Source: Psilocybe cubensis (lineage: Eukaryota). From it: a DNA stretch of 64,000 nucleotides. The stretch spans positions 248,001 through 312,000 of the forward strand of contig CM039007.1 in assembly GCA_017499595.2 (NCBI GenBank), written 5' to 3'. The notes beneath the pieces were generated by a model. That model did no database searches, was not told the origin of the DNA, and saw only the letters and a program-made list of their open reading frames with translations. Positions 11,677 through 24,633 of the stretch are shown in pieces. Made by a program: the position numbers and the translations under genes. Numbering within the stretch: the first letter of the stretch is position 1; each line of letters begins with the position of its first letter.

Positions 11677-13086
11677 TCAATCATGGACACGAATATCCAG
11701 CTCGGGAAGAAATGGGCCGTGATTAGTACCCATATCTTCGAGTATACGGCTGCGAACACGGTCCTCTACGACTTTGTAATGCATGCCGGATAGACTTTTC
11801 TGATGATCCAGCCTTTGTGGCCAAATGAGTCGTATATCCATACGGAATGTAACTTTGCGAATGCGGGGAAATTTCTCCATTAATTTGTCGATCCTGAGTT
11901 CAACGAGGCATTCGTACGTGATGTCGCTCATGGTGCTCCCACCGGAATAGTGATCGCAAATTCCGTATGCCAAGTGGAGCTCCTCCAAATTTGACTTCTG
12001 TGGTCCGTTGTACAGGAAGCTGACGATTGACGTCAAGTTTCTAGTCGTCTTTCTATCGTGGCTTCCATCTAGCTCTGGATCAATGGGCTTTTGTTCGATG
12101 AAAAGTCGTTGAAGTGCCACCATAGTTCCAAAATCGAGATGTTTTCGCATGAAAAACTCAACGCAGTCGATGTGAAAAATCCTGTACAATGCGATAAATT
12201 TAATTACTGAGCATAATTACATAGAGCAGCTTGCGTACCAATGGCAGGTCTTCACCGACGTATACACGCTTTCATTGAACAGATTGCGGTAGATTTTGAG
12301 GAAGTCCTGTGGTGTCCAGAGATCAGCGTGAATATCGGTAACATTGACAGCGCCATTTGCTGAGTAGCGGATTTGGTATTTACAGTCTGCAGGTATATTC
12401 CCCCAGAGGTCTGTGCATCCTTCAAGTATGAATGACATCTTGGAATGCGAGAGATGCTTCTCGCGTTCAAATGAGGAATCGATGAGGCTGAACGATTTAA
12501 GATGAGGGGATTGAGATATAGTTGGTATGACAGATGGTATCCACACAATTCGCGAGAAGTGCAGATGGTTTATTGGAAGTGACCGACAGAGTGCCCTAAT
12601 GCCTCTATCTATCTGAGTGGGTACATCCTTCCACGAGAGTGGAAAGTGGCTTCGCCCTCGAAAGTGGATTTTCAGAGCGTTGAGGTTATGAGCCTGTTGA
12701 ACCAGGATATTCAGAAGGTTGTGGAGGTTCGATGATTCATGAAGCATGGTGCGGTCGTGATTTACATAGATTTCGAGCCGTCGAATCGCACTGCCAAGGT
12801 TGGTTTGCCCATCGGTCAAAAGATTACAGAAGTTACTGACCCGAAGGGACATCTCCTGCTCTGAACGTAACCTTGGTCTTAACTCCTGCAGATGAAATTG
12901 CCATGCATATTGATCGATATCTATTGCGGAGAATAGATGCTTGCGCGCAGCATAGGAAAATAGTCTTGAGGTCAAACTACAGGCAACAAGGGTGCGAAAT
13001 AGGTTTTTATCCTCCACGATATCCTGACCAGATACGATCAAGTCCACAATTTGCTCGAAAATCTCAAGAGGTATGGTGGTAGCCAT
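11677..13086 (-). CDS. F-box-like protein of an Agaricomycete expanded family, 2 exons
   Basis: N-terminus MATTIPLEIFEQIVDLI...TLVACSLTSRLFSYAARKHLFSAI. An intron TG|GTACGC...TACAG joins the two ORFs in frame (CHW-IFHID). Confidence 0.8.
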
Positions 13087-13814
13087 GAGAATTAGATCTA
13101 GTACTGTTGAGGAAGTTTGGGGTATGTAGCGATAATAGCTGAACAATACAGGAACGATGAATATCGATGGTTGGTCAATTGTGGCCTGTTCCAGCCAAGA
13201 ATGGCCCAGGCACAACAATTTTTTTGTTGATCATAGCTTGTCTTTGCTTGATATGAGTGCCTTCGACAAGCATTCGATATTGAATCGGCTCCATGGCATG
13301 CTTGAACTCCGACAGCGCTCCGGACGGTTGTCACCGCGTGTTTTGTCCCGTTTGACGTCAAGCGCCGTTCACCCTGTGACTTACTCGAACAAAGTTTCGT
13401 GATTTTCAAAGTATCAAGTGCTTAGTGAAGAGTCAGATCATTTCAGCACACAAAGATATTTGGGATGCTCAGTATTCCTCAATGGCTCAACATTACGACT
13501 TTAAATAATAACCAAATGATATTGTCTGATTGGAGATGTACATGAATCTGATACACGACAGTGAAATACACCAAACGAGAGAAAGATAACAATGATTGGC
13601 TGCAACGATTAGTAGATACAATGCGAGTAGATCGAGTAGATAAATGAGATTCCAGAACTTTAAAAAATCTGTAGTGAGGTTGATTAATTTACAGTGAGGA
13701 TAGAATGCTGAAGGGATTGTTTCGTGGATTTATTCCTGGACATTCGTGGATCGTAATTTCCCCAGTGGACAGTTGAAGGTGGTTTGTGGAAACGAGATTC
13801 CACAGTCTGAAGTC

Positions 13815-14844
13815 TCAAAAGTTATCTTCGGAGAATTGGCTGAGGTCGATTATGTCTGTAAAAATCCTATCTAATGTGTCGTCGATATGGTCGTTGAGGG
13901 CTGCGGGAATATCTGATTGCTGTAAATTCAATGAAGGCTCCTGTCCTTCCTGGGATTGTGGAAGCTCTTCCACAACACTGATGGGTGCATCCCTGGGTAA
14001 TGATTCTTTAACTGTAGTTGTAGTCGCCTCCTGGACCTGCACAATGTCGTCTAGGACAGCCTCCTGCACAATATCGTTGACGATAGCCTCCTTCACATTA
14101 TCATCGACGATAACCTTCTCCGCAATGTTGTCGAAGATAGCCTCGGTAGGTGATTGATACCCTCCAGCGGGAACGCTGTCCTGCCTAGAAACCTCGCTAG
14201 AAGACTGCTCTTCTGCAGCTCGTGAAGCCTCCTGCCCGAGGAGATCGTCGGATGTGCCATTGTCGTTGAGTAGATCATTATGATCTGTCTCATTACATGA
14301 TATATTTGCAATTTCCTCAAAAGCTTCCTCAAAGAGTCCGTTACTAGACTGTGCATCGTCCAATGTGTTTGTTGGGATCTGCCAGTGTTGGAATAAACCA
14401 TGATGAGAAACCGCTACAACGATTATTGAACATGCTACTCACAATTACTTCTGTACAATGTCTTGCCTTCTTCTTGGGCCGAGAATTCTCTTTTTCTCCA
14501 TCTATATCAGATCCGGATCTTTTAGACGATGTGGTAGCTTTGGAAGCCATGTCCTTTCTACGACTTTTCGCCAACTCTGCTAATCTTTCGAAATGTAGTT
14601 TTACAGGGTCGTTCTCGGCGAAGCTTTTCCACTCCTCCTTATTGAGTGGTACATGGGTTTTAACGACGTTTCCAACTGCGGCGCCCCTGTGACGTGATCT
14701 CCAAGTGTTAAATAATGTCCACGCATTTGGCCTCGACGATGCGGTAAGGCCTTTCTTCATAACCTCCTCCCATGAGCTTGGGAGAGTGTAAGAGAGGTAT
14801 TTTGTAACTGGAGCAGATCCTCCAGAGAAGGTGAGCATAGACAT
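13815..14844 (-). CDS. Putative divergent HMG-box-like protein with acidic tail, 2 exons
   Basis: RPNAWTLF...EEWKSF...KLHFERLAELAK resembles the HMG-box pattern, followed by an NLS-like RPKKKAR. A phase-0 intron GTGAGT...GCAG joins it to the acidic ORF 13815..14363. Confidence 0.5.
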
Positions 14845-15507
14845 TGTGTCGAATAGTATGTCGCGAACGGTGAATACAGTATTTCAAGAGACGCTACTTG
14901 AGCAAGCGAAGGAAAGGAATATCGCGTACACGTGACCAATGTTGCGCCTGAACTTGTCGCGTTCCGTTTGAGTATGCCACAGTAAGCCATGAAAAATATC
15001 TGCTAATACGAACGAATTAAGGAATTTCAGAGGTGCTAAGTTTCTGGATGTCGCGGAGTATCAGCTAAATCGCATTTTATTGTTGGCAAGTCTAAATTTC
15101 TGCATTGAATTTTTGGATTATTACTATCTGGAAGAACAGTTGGTGAATGATTCTTTACAACTTAATTCTTATGCCAACGTTCTATCACTCAGGTTAGCTA
15201 CCCCTCCAATTGACACCTCATTCTTTGATACCCAAGCTATTGGACTCCGTATTTGAAGTGAAATTGCATTAACATATTTAGGTCAGTCTAGTCGTTCTCT
15301 CCCATACATGCCAATCAATGACAGTATTTTCTCACAACGTTCATGTATTCTGCCTATTTTTACAACTTCAATGCATTTTCTATATATTCACAAATACCCC
15401 GCATGGCCATCAATCTTCTTGGGTGATGTGTAAGATAACTGTCTTCCTACTGAGCTGTCGGTTTCTCTTGACCTTGACCACCGACAAACGGCCAAGGGTC
15501 CTTCGAC

Positions 15508-17316
15508 ATGAATCAGGCTGCGCTTGAGAAGATTACCTTCATTCCAAAGTCTTCTAAGATCATCACCTTCCTTCTCATTACTTGCTCATGCATCACTTCT
15601 ACGGTATGTACAACCTTATACTCAAATTCAATGCTAAACGTTTTCCATGCCACAGACATTCGGATACGATGCCTCAATGATCAATGGGCTCAATATCTTG
15701 CCCTCGTACACGGACTATTTTCACCTTAACACTGCCACCCTTGCACTAAACACAGCGTCAATATGGATAGGCGGGTGCTTAGTTGCCTTTTGTTATGGAC
15801 AGTTCACAGATTGGGTGGGAAGACGTCCTGCCCTGTTATGGGCAGCTCTTATCACTGTTTTCGCAGTGATACTTCAGACGGCCGCACAGAACGTTGCAAT
15901 GTTCGTAATCGCTCGTATTCTCATTGGGTTTGGCACCTCTGCATCTGGCCTCTGCGGCCCTGTTTACCTTGCCGAAACCTTGCCATTTCAGAGGCGAGCT
16001 TGGGGATTAGGTGTTTTCAACGACTTTTACTACGTTGGTACGCAAAATGTCTGTATCTAAGACAAACTTTATTGATTTGTGGCAACAGGAGGCCTCATTG
16101 CCGCTGGAATTACATTCGGTACATCGACAATGAATTCGACTTGGGCCTGGAGGATCCCATCCGCGATCCAGGGTGTCTTCTCCATTATTTGCATTATCAT
16201 CATCCACTTTATCCCCGAATCACCAAGGTGGCTTATATATCAAAATCAGCATGAAGAAGCCCTGAAAGTAATAGCCTACATGTACGCTGACGGAGATCGA
16301 GAGAATCCATTGGTCGTGGCCCAGTTCAAGGAGATCACAGACACCATCGATTACGAGAAAACCTCTGGCGAAACATTGTCCATGATGCAACTCGTAAAAA
16401 CCCCTTCGGCGAGAAAGAGGGTTACTTTGGCTATATCTGCTGCCGTGTTCAGCACTATAGCAGGTAAGATGTTTGGCATTTTTTAAGAAACCCGCGTTTC
16501 TAATCGAACAAAAGGGAATGTCATTGCCTCGTATTATCTGGGGATGATGCTTGGTAACGCTGGAATTACAAACACAACTACGCAATTAGAAATTGTGAAG
16601 AATATTTCGAGCTACTTTACGTCGAGCATAGCTGATTTTCATCTTTGCAGAACATAATTCTAAACGTGTGGTGTCTCGTATGTTCTCTCATTGGGACCTG
16701 GCTAGTGGACCGCATGGGACGAAAATCTCTTGGAATACTGAGCCAAAGCCTGCTCACAGTGTTTCTATTCCTTGTCGGGGCCCTTACAAAAAGTGAGCTT
16801 AGTACATGGTTGATTAAAATAGGTGTGATGTGGCACTAACCCATTCGTTGAAGTATATGGTGCATCCACTTTCAATCCAGGAATATATGCCACCGTGGCG
16901 ATGCTCTTCCTTTTCCAGGGCTCTTACAGCATTGGGTGGACACCGCTGCTGTATCTATACCCCCCTGAGGTTATGAATTACAGTATACGCGCAAACGGCA
17001 TGGCCATCTTCCAATTTGCTTTGAATGGCACCGCGTAAGTCATTGTTACCAGTTCATGCTACCGAGGTGGCTCTTACTTTCTTTATTCAGTCTCTGGTGT
17101 GTCTTCGCGTTTCCCTTTGCACTTGTTGCTATAGGTTGGAAAACCTACATGATCAATGGAGCCTATGATGTCCTGATCATTGGACTTATGGCCTGGTACT
17201 GGGTGGAGACGAAAGGAACTTCGCTGGAGGAAGTCGATAGAGTTATCGATGGTGAAAAGCATAGCAATGTCCCAGACTTGAAGAGCGTGTTGAAGGGTGA
17301 AGGGAAGTTGTTCTAG
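15508..17316 (+). CDS. MFS sugar porter (lactose permease/cellodextrin transporter-like), multi-exon
   Basis: Motifs FGYDASMINGL, DWVGRR, ARILIGFG, YLAE, AWRIP, PESPRWL, DRMGRK, YPPEV, VETKGTSLEE. Confidence 0.92.
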
Positions 17317-17562
17317 CACGAAGGTCAAGATTCCAATCTTTCTAAGCCAGATTGTCAATCAATTACTTCTATGTATCTCCAGACAATTCAGAGTTCCGGT
17401 TGAACTAACGCGGCCAAGAATTCATGGAAAGAGGATAATGATTCTGAACAAACTGATACGTAACACGCGCCGCGATCGCCCTTTTGAAATACGTGATATA
17501 CTATAAAACATTAACGATAGATATAAAAACAAAAAAGGACAAAAAGTGGGATATTGGAACAC

Positions 17563-20500
17563 TTATAGCATCCTGTTCGTATGTACTCCAAGGCCTCTCG
17601 CCAATCGAAGCATGACGATGTTCGCAGAAAGGCTCGAGAACTAGAAGTCAGAGGGCAACATTAGCACATATGGTCTACAGATTGCGAGTGAACAAAACGC
17701 GTACTCCATTTCCAACGAAGATTTCTGCTCGTTCAGCCAGCCCCATATCAATAGCAGCGCTAACCCCCTTCTCCTCTTTATTCAGCCCATGTTCACCTGT
17801 ACAGCGACACGAATTGCCCGCTCTAGCAAGGGCAATCATAGCGTCCGCAGATGTGGTGGGCAGGTCGCCGCTTGCGCTGGATTTGATACAACATTCTTCT
17901 TTCTCATCACTAGTCAAGGTAGTTCGGGCTTCCTGCTGAGTAAGCTCTCCGCGTTCGACGTCAGGGCTCCCGACGACCTTTTCCCATCCATCCTCAAGCA
18001 AAGCCACACGAAGTTCCTCCACGAAGGACGGCCAACCGTTTGTGAGCACATAGACTTCTTTCAGCCTAAACTCATGAGGGTTAGTGTGTTTTGAACTTGG
18101 GGCGACAGTAGTCATTGGAGAATCGCTGCCAGTACGTGTATTGGCAACGGTGGTCTGTTGGCCCGAAGCTGGCGAAACAATATCAGTCGTTGTCCTTGTC
18201 ATCGTTGAAATTACGGATGTTATGGCGCGTTCGTACTCTTCTCTCACTTCTCTCAATCGCTTCACAATCTGAGAAATGGTAGGCAGACAATGCGCAAGGT
18301 AATATGCTTCCAACGGCGTTCTGCGTTTCTGGTCTGCCATATCGATATCGACGACGTCTCTAAGGAGAGTCAGCGACTGACTGGTACCATTGGCCGTATC
18401 CGTATAATCAGGAATTCTCGAATCGTTGTGCTGTTTTAAATACTCCAGCAAGCCACTCTCAAACGACATCTCATGGGAATCAGAGCTATCGTGAACAGTA
18501 TCAGGCAAGACACTCGGAGTTTCAACAAGACGGTTCCAGGCCATGTATCCCGCACGCCAGTGTGCCAGGCGCAAGCAATGTCTCTTATAATCGCCTCTGC
18601 GTAGATGCACGGCTAACATGCCTGGAATGACCTTCCAGTCAATATTTTCCTGAAAACTGATGTTGTCCGTTGTGTTGACCACATCGGATGCTCCTGAAGA
18701 GTACTGACAGTTGGAATCAGTTCCAGAGAGGCAGTCAGCAGATTTCAGGTCAGAATGTGCAATGATATCTCCCGAAGCAGTGCCGACATCCCAAGAAATG
18801 AGTGGTGGGCAATCAGGGCACCTATCTACTTCAACAATTGGGCCTCCAACAGATCCCAGAGGTGTGGAGGGCTTCATTTGCGAGATACCAGATAGGACAG
18901 TTTGTGGGCTCCTGAGAAGAGCGCTGCGTTGACGAGAAGGAAAAAACGTGACCACAGTTTTGTCAATGGCTGTTGTAACGAGGTCCGACCACGCAAAGGA
19001 TGTGAGAATAGGTGATTCTCGGAGAAGTGGAAGCAGGGAAAGTGGTCGAATACTCCCAAAAAAGCTAAGAAACGCATCAAGATGTGCGTCCAGCGAATCT
19101 GGCTTAGAGGAGAGGTGATACACGTACTTGGAATCCCATACCCTTCGTTTCTGCTCTTTTATAACGACGCATGGCTCTCGTCGGACATCTTCATGCTCCA
19201 ACCTTTCTAGCCACCAGTCAAGAATATCGATCCCATCCGCCACGGGATCAGGAGGTCCTTTCAATGATCCAGCAAGGGAATCTAAAGAAAACATACGTCG
19301 GCAAACAGCAACACAACGGATCGTTTGATGAAGTTGTGTCGACTAACCTGCGTTCTCTGGGACATGGTCGGAAGGCCAGTCGTAAACAATTTCTACCCGC
19401 CTGCTTGGAGGGCAAATATGTTCGAAGTATTCCGCTGATATCGAGCTTCTAGAAGCTCTGAGTGACACAGTCATAGTTTTATCCCGAGGCGACGTTGAGG
19501 TGGACGCTGTCCTTGGATTGACAGCTCCAAGATGAAAGTGTGGATCAGGAGAGCTTCCATGTTGATTTAAAAGAGGATATGGTGTTGTTGTCCGATACTG
19601 TGGCTTTTGTTTCTGGATACGTGGGCGTTGCGGTTCAACCCGAAAAACAAACTGCGCACGAGCCCATTTTGACAAATCGCGTACCCTCGCAATCAACGGC
19701 CCGTCTTCCCGATGCTCCTCTGTATCCTCGCGACCTGTTTTTGCGCGTCCGACTTCCTGAAGCTGTAGACGCGGTAGGTCACGTCCTTGAAAAGAATCTT
19801 GCCCAACCAACCATCCACCTAGGAATGCACTCATTGGCATACGCGTAGGTCGCAGAGTGAAATCGTATAAAGTGTATGGAAGTGGTAGATGTGACCAGAC
19901 AAAATCTTCGAATACATAGGATCTGTTGGAATAGTGAGCTAAAAGGCCGTACAGCAGCCTATAAGGACAATTAGTCAAAGAGAAATTTTTGAAAAAAGAA
20001 AGGCTTACGCTTCTTGCAAGACATTATTCAATCCATGTCCCCATAGATGGTCAGGAAACCTCAAATATCGAGCACCTTCAAGTTCGCTTGTTCCTTCTAT
20101 GAAACCTCCTGTATTCACGGCACCTGCCTTTGCAAATCCACCAGGACGATCCAAAATATCATGGCCCCAACGATGCTGTGGAAGTGACCTTTCACTGAGT
20201 CTTACATTCGAATATGACGGTGGTATGCCTCCGTAGAGTAAAACTGCCCCACTGATAACCACGAGCATTATTACAAATATTGCAGTTGTCGCCAGCAGAA
20301 GAGTTACTGCCAAATGCTTGACAGAACGCCGAGTATATGTATCCCAACGTGGATATCGAATTTCGTTGGGCATATTCGATGTCTCCGTCAAGCTTCGATA
20401 ATGCCACACGGAAACGCCAGACAAGGTACCGAATCGAAAAAACCTGGACAAGATGTACACGAAAGTATACGCCCTCATCCGAAGAAGAGTCTGCTTTTTT

Positions 20501-20769
20501 TCGAGCCTTTTGAAGTCGTTGTAGTTGAGTTCTATCCCTGCTTCATCCTCATGGCATGGACTACGTCGAGATACTTCGGGCGGGTATGAGTGATGTGGAG
20601 ATTTCGCATCACTTTTCGGCGCTTCGGTGATTCGAGCAGATAATAGTGAAGTGTAGCTATTATCTTCATCATAGGAAGAATGTGATTCATTCTCGTCGTC
20701 GTTGATGTGCATATTGTGGTAAGTTGCTGCAGCAGAGGGCGCCACAAATGAACAAGATGCAGGGGTCAT
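17563..20769 (-). CDS. Type II membrane GT-B glycosyltransferase, O-fucosyltransferase-like, with long insertions
   Basis: TM segment followed by [37 protein letters not shown] and [22 protein letters not shown]. The last exon ends TNRML* at 17563. The start codon is uncertain. Confidence 0.7.
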
Positions 20770-21873
20770 TATCCTCTTCCTCGGACTGCCTCGAATGAGA
20801 GGCGTGATGGGTTGAGGCGATTGGCACTTTGTGTCTTTCACTCAAATGACTAAATGTGTACAACGCTGTTGATCTGAAGATATTTTCTGCGGGACAGACT
20901 TGAATGGTACTCGCCTTTATGAAATTGAGGGATACTCACGTACAACATCCAAAAGATCCACTCAGGGCACTACCGCTCTAGGGTCTCGCCAGATGCTATG
21001 TTCGGCGGCAAGCACGGACCTTCGTATGGGCTTTCGGCGCTATCTTTCTGAGAATAGCGGAGAGCGAGAGAGATTTCTTCACCAAAGCTGTCCAGGTCCA
21101 CGAACGTAAGTAATGGTTCGAGTTAGAAAAGAAAGGTGTGGAAGACGCGTGCCGGCCTGCCGTTTTTGGTCTATTTGTGCAACAACACCACGCCGCTAAT
21201 GGAAAAGCACTTCAACGGGGACCTATCTACACCACAAATGGTCTACCCCACCAGTAGCAAGTTCATAGCCTTTCAAATATGTTTTAATAGAAAATAAACC
21301 AGTGTTTTAAAAATGTAGCTTCACACTTATCGCAGCCTAATAGCACTCGTCTTCGTTATCAGCTAACATTATCTTTTGACCCAGTCCCGCTCCACACAAA
21401 TGCATCTTGAATCTCACTAGATGTTAATCCGGTGACCATCTGCCTTTTGAAATTTTTGTTGGTAAACTCAAGTGCAGCCTTTAACCTTCAGCATAAGGCT
21501 GGCGGGATATGTTTTCCTTACTTTTGTATGGATGCGCCCGAACACTCGGACAGTATCCATTGATTATTGGACCATGTACTTGCCAACCATCCCCATTTCT
21601 AGAGTATCAAAGGTTGAATAACAACCAACGAGTAGCTGTCCGTGACCAGACCCGAGTCAAGGGCGCTCTATCAATCCGATAGGCGTCAAACATGGGAATG
21701 TCTGTTGTCATACCATGTCACCCCGAGCATTCACAAATCTTCTGCCGGACCTCAAGATTGAAAAAGAAATGTATATATATTACATGAAAGGTCCATACTT
21801 TAGTCCGGCCTCAGTATAGCCTTGAGACTTATTATTAGTACCATAAAATTCTACTTATTCTGCTCTTTCAAAC

Positions 21874-22614
21874 CTACTTTTTCCTCTCTTGCTTCGGTGA
21901 TTGGGCCTTTGGGGACTTGTTTTCATCATTCCCTCCCTTCTTTCTGCTCGAACCACCCCCAGAATCTTTGAATACTAATAGGTGTTTTTCCAGTCCGCGT
22001 TGGTGCCGAAAAAAAATTTTCCTCCCAGTACACTTGCAGCCTCTACTCCGACAGCTCAGGGCAGGTGGGCCATGGATTTTGCTATGCTTCTCCGTGTCTC
22101 CCTTTCTTCTTGACTGATAGTCGCATTTGAGACAATAATAGCGATCCAGTCGATGAACGACTTCCCCGTTTTCATCGGTTTTAAACGTCGAGTAATATTC
22201 ACCAATTGATTGCGCATCTGCTGGCCTGGCTCGAGGACCTCCAACAAGACCATTGGGTTGGAAAACACAGCCGGACGCAAGTTTTACTCTGGTATCAGAG
22301 ATTGATGATTGGTTCTGGTTAGGTTCTTGGTTCTGGTCAGGTTCCGAACCATCGAGCTCAGCAGGTCCAGAGGAATCTTGGATGTTTTTGAAAGCTGCGA
22401 CCCTTTGTGATAGGAGCCAAATTAACGAATTGAGCTTCAATTGCCGAGTGAGTGGCATGACTGCGTCGTCGGAAGCTGCTGGCGGGACAGCGGACTGGGA
22501 GGAGGCTTGGTTCAGATTATTCTTCAGTTTAACATCGTGACTGGGAAGAGCATTAGACGTTATTATTGATATGATGGATGCACATAATGCCATTTTTGTA
22601 CTTACTTCTCGCAA
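21874..22614 (-). CDS. C2H2 zinc-finger protein, 3' exon; upstream exons probably extend to about 22900
   Basis: YYCLKCDYQSRRKGDTEKHSKIH is a C2H2 finger. It is followed by an atypical CRSRGCKC...RHQRGLEKH finger and a basic tail. The 5' exon structure is unresolved. Confidence 0.6.
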   Translation of the reverse strand: MREVSTKMALCASIISIITSNALPSHDVKLKNNLNQASSQSAVPPAASDDAVMPLTRQLKLNSLIWLLSQRVAAFKNIQDSSGPAELDGSEPDQNQEPNQNQSSISDTRVKLASGCVFQPNGLVGGPRARPADAQSIGEYYSTFKTDENGEVVHRLDRYYCLKCDYQSRRKGDTEKHSKIHGPPALSCRSRGCKCTGRKIFFRHQRGLEKHLLVFKDSGGGSSRKKGGNDENKSPKAQSPKQERKK

Positions 22615-24146
22615 CCTGTGGGATATTGGAGGTCCAGGAGGTCCTCTGGAAAGTCTGAGTATATTTCATCGCTTTCTTTTATTGGCTGTTTAACGCCGGT
22701 CGCAAATTCTATAAATTCTGTGTCCAGACTTCGAATCGTTTAGCTATGAGAAATGTCACGGTAGAATGAAGGAAATACGTACCCATTGGTATGTCCTTGT
22801 GACCTCTCCCATTTTCTGTCGTCCATTAAATATGCCTAAAGTGGAAGGTCGCTGTTAGAGCAGTCTAGGTCGATTTCGGGGAACGTATGAGACGAGTCCA
22901 TAGCTGCGTATGAGAGATATATGTACTGAAGTGGACAAAGAAGCTTTTCCAGGGGATAATGGTAACGAGGGATACGAAACTGAAAAGCTTTCCACAACCG
23001 TTTGTGCCTGCTAGGACCGTAAAATATGGCACTATTTGACATTTTGGCCTGACTGAGTCCGAGGTTTAGTGCCACAATGCCACTTAAACCTTCTGGAAAG
23101 ATTAACATCGCTGCTCTGAAGTGCATAGGGTCCAATGAGGCAGATACTAATGAAAGATAAAAGATAAACCATCTGATGAATATGATTTAATGGAAAATGT
23201 GTATCTTAAGTCGCGTAGAATACTTCCTTCATCTGTTGAGCCTTCGGGAGCAAAAGACCATAATAACAGCATATGTGTTTGAAGAAACCACACCTAGTAT
23301 ATAGCTCTTAGTGCCACCGCAGGTCATCAATGCTTTTCTTTGGTTATCAATTGGATGGTTGAACGATCCGGTTGTTCTTACTTCACAACAAAAGCAATTG
23401 CCAGTCAAACAAGACCAACGATAAAGACTCATTCAATTACTGTTATTGTTGAAGACTGAGATACCACTCTTATACACACTTTCAGATCCATAGACCCTCA
23501 ACGTCTACTATATTCATCGTCAGTTGTCTGCAGTCACTGTCAAACACTCTTTTTCGACTGCCAATAGGGGCTATATCTCATCAATAAGGTCACGTGGTAC
23601 TACCGGTTATGGATCTGCCACTCAGTCGCGTCGCGTCCGAATATATCCGACGCGTCGTGCCACAGATTTTTGAAATTCTGGTCAAAACCATTCCGGTTCT
23701 GTTCTGTTCAATCACCACGTTGAGTGTCGAATATTTACTACCGAGGCAGGCTCATTCAATCCTAATCTGAAGCTCTGATCGTGGACATTGATCTTAACTT
23801 TAGGCATCCCTGGAAGAGCCGGAAGATGGTGGTTGACATTCAAATGTATCTACCAGGCGTTCGATTGTATCGGCTTCGAATACAGTCTGACAGCCCGGAA
23901 TTGATTATCGGCAAGTAATCTATCAGTCCAGTCCATTTCCTCAATCCAGCGTGAATAAAAGCCACTTCTTAATGTACTCAGCTTCATATACCTCACATTC
24001 CTTAACAACATTCCTTGCCGTAATCCAACCTCAGGTGCAAACCATACATATTCCGCTCCCTATTTCTTTGCTATATTCTAAAGTTTGTGCCGTTTGAGGG
24101 TTCTACTCTTCACACAAATGCTAATACGTTTTTCTTAGAATTCATC

Positions 24147-24633
24147 ATGCAACTGTTTGCCAACGTTCTTGCCATGATTTTTCTTGCAACCTACGCAATC
24201 CACACTGTGTCAGCCGCTCCCAATGGGCTATCACCGGGAGGTATTCAGTACTTCTCCAAGAGGCACGCTTTGTCCGCCTCAACCTGGAGGTCTGAAGAGG
24301 ACCCACACGCGTTTATGAACGCGAAAAATCTGGTCAAGAACATGCGAAGACAAATTCTCAACGATGCTGAGTCAACGCTGTCCACGGCGGAAGGTCCCTC
24401 TGTAGCCGCCGATGCTGCACAGACAGTAGAGAACAACACTGGTACTGATAGGTAAGTAAAACTTGCGTATTTCCTCCAATTCCTTCACATATTAATCGCT
24501 CTTCTGATTCCGCAGAAGTCAAGCCTCTGTAGGCCCTGTCGGTGCTAACACATCTTCTGTTCCCACCACAATTGGAGAGGCTGCCAATATTGCCCAAGGC
24601 GCAGCGTCATCCCCCCCTACTACCTCTACGTAG
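24147..24633 (+). CDS. Small secreted protein with dibasic sites and an Ala/Ser/Thr-rich tail, 2 exons
   Basis: Signal peptide MQLFANVLAMIFLATYAIHTVSA, then FSKR and MRR. Intron 24452-24515 (GTAAGT...CGCAG). Ends PPTTST*. Confidence 0.65.
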
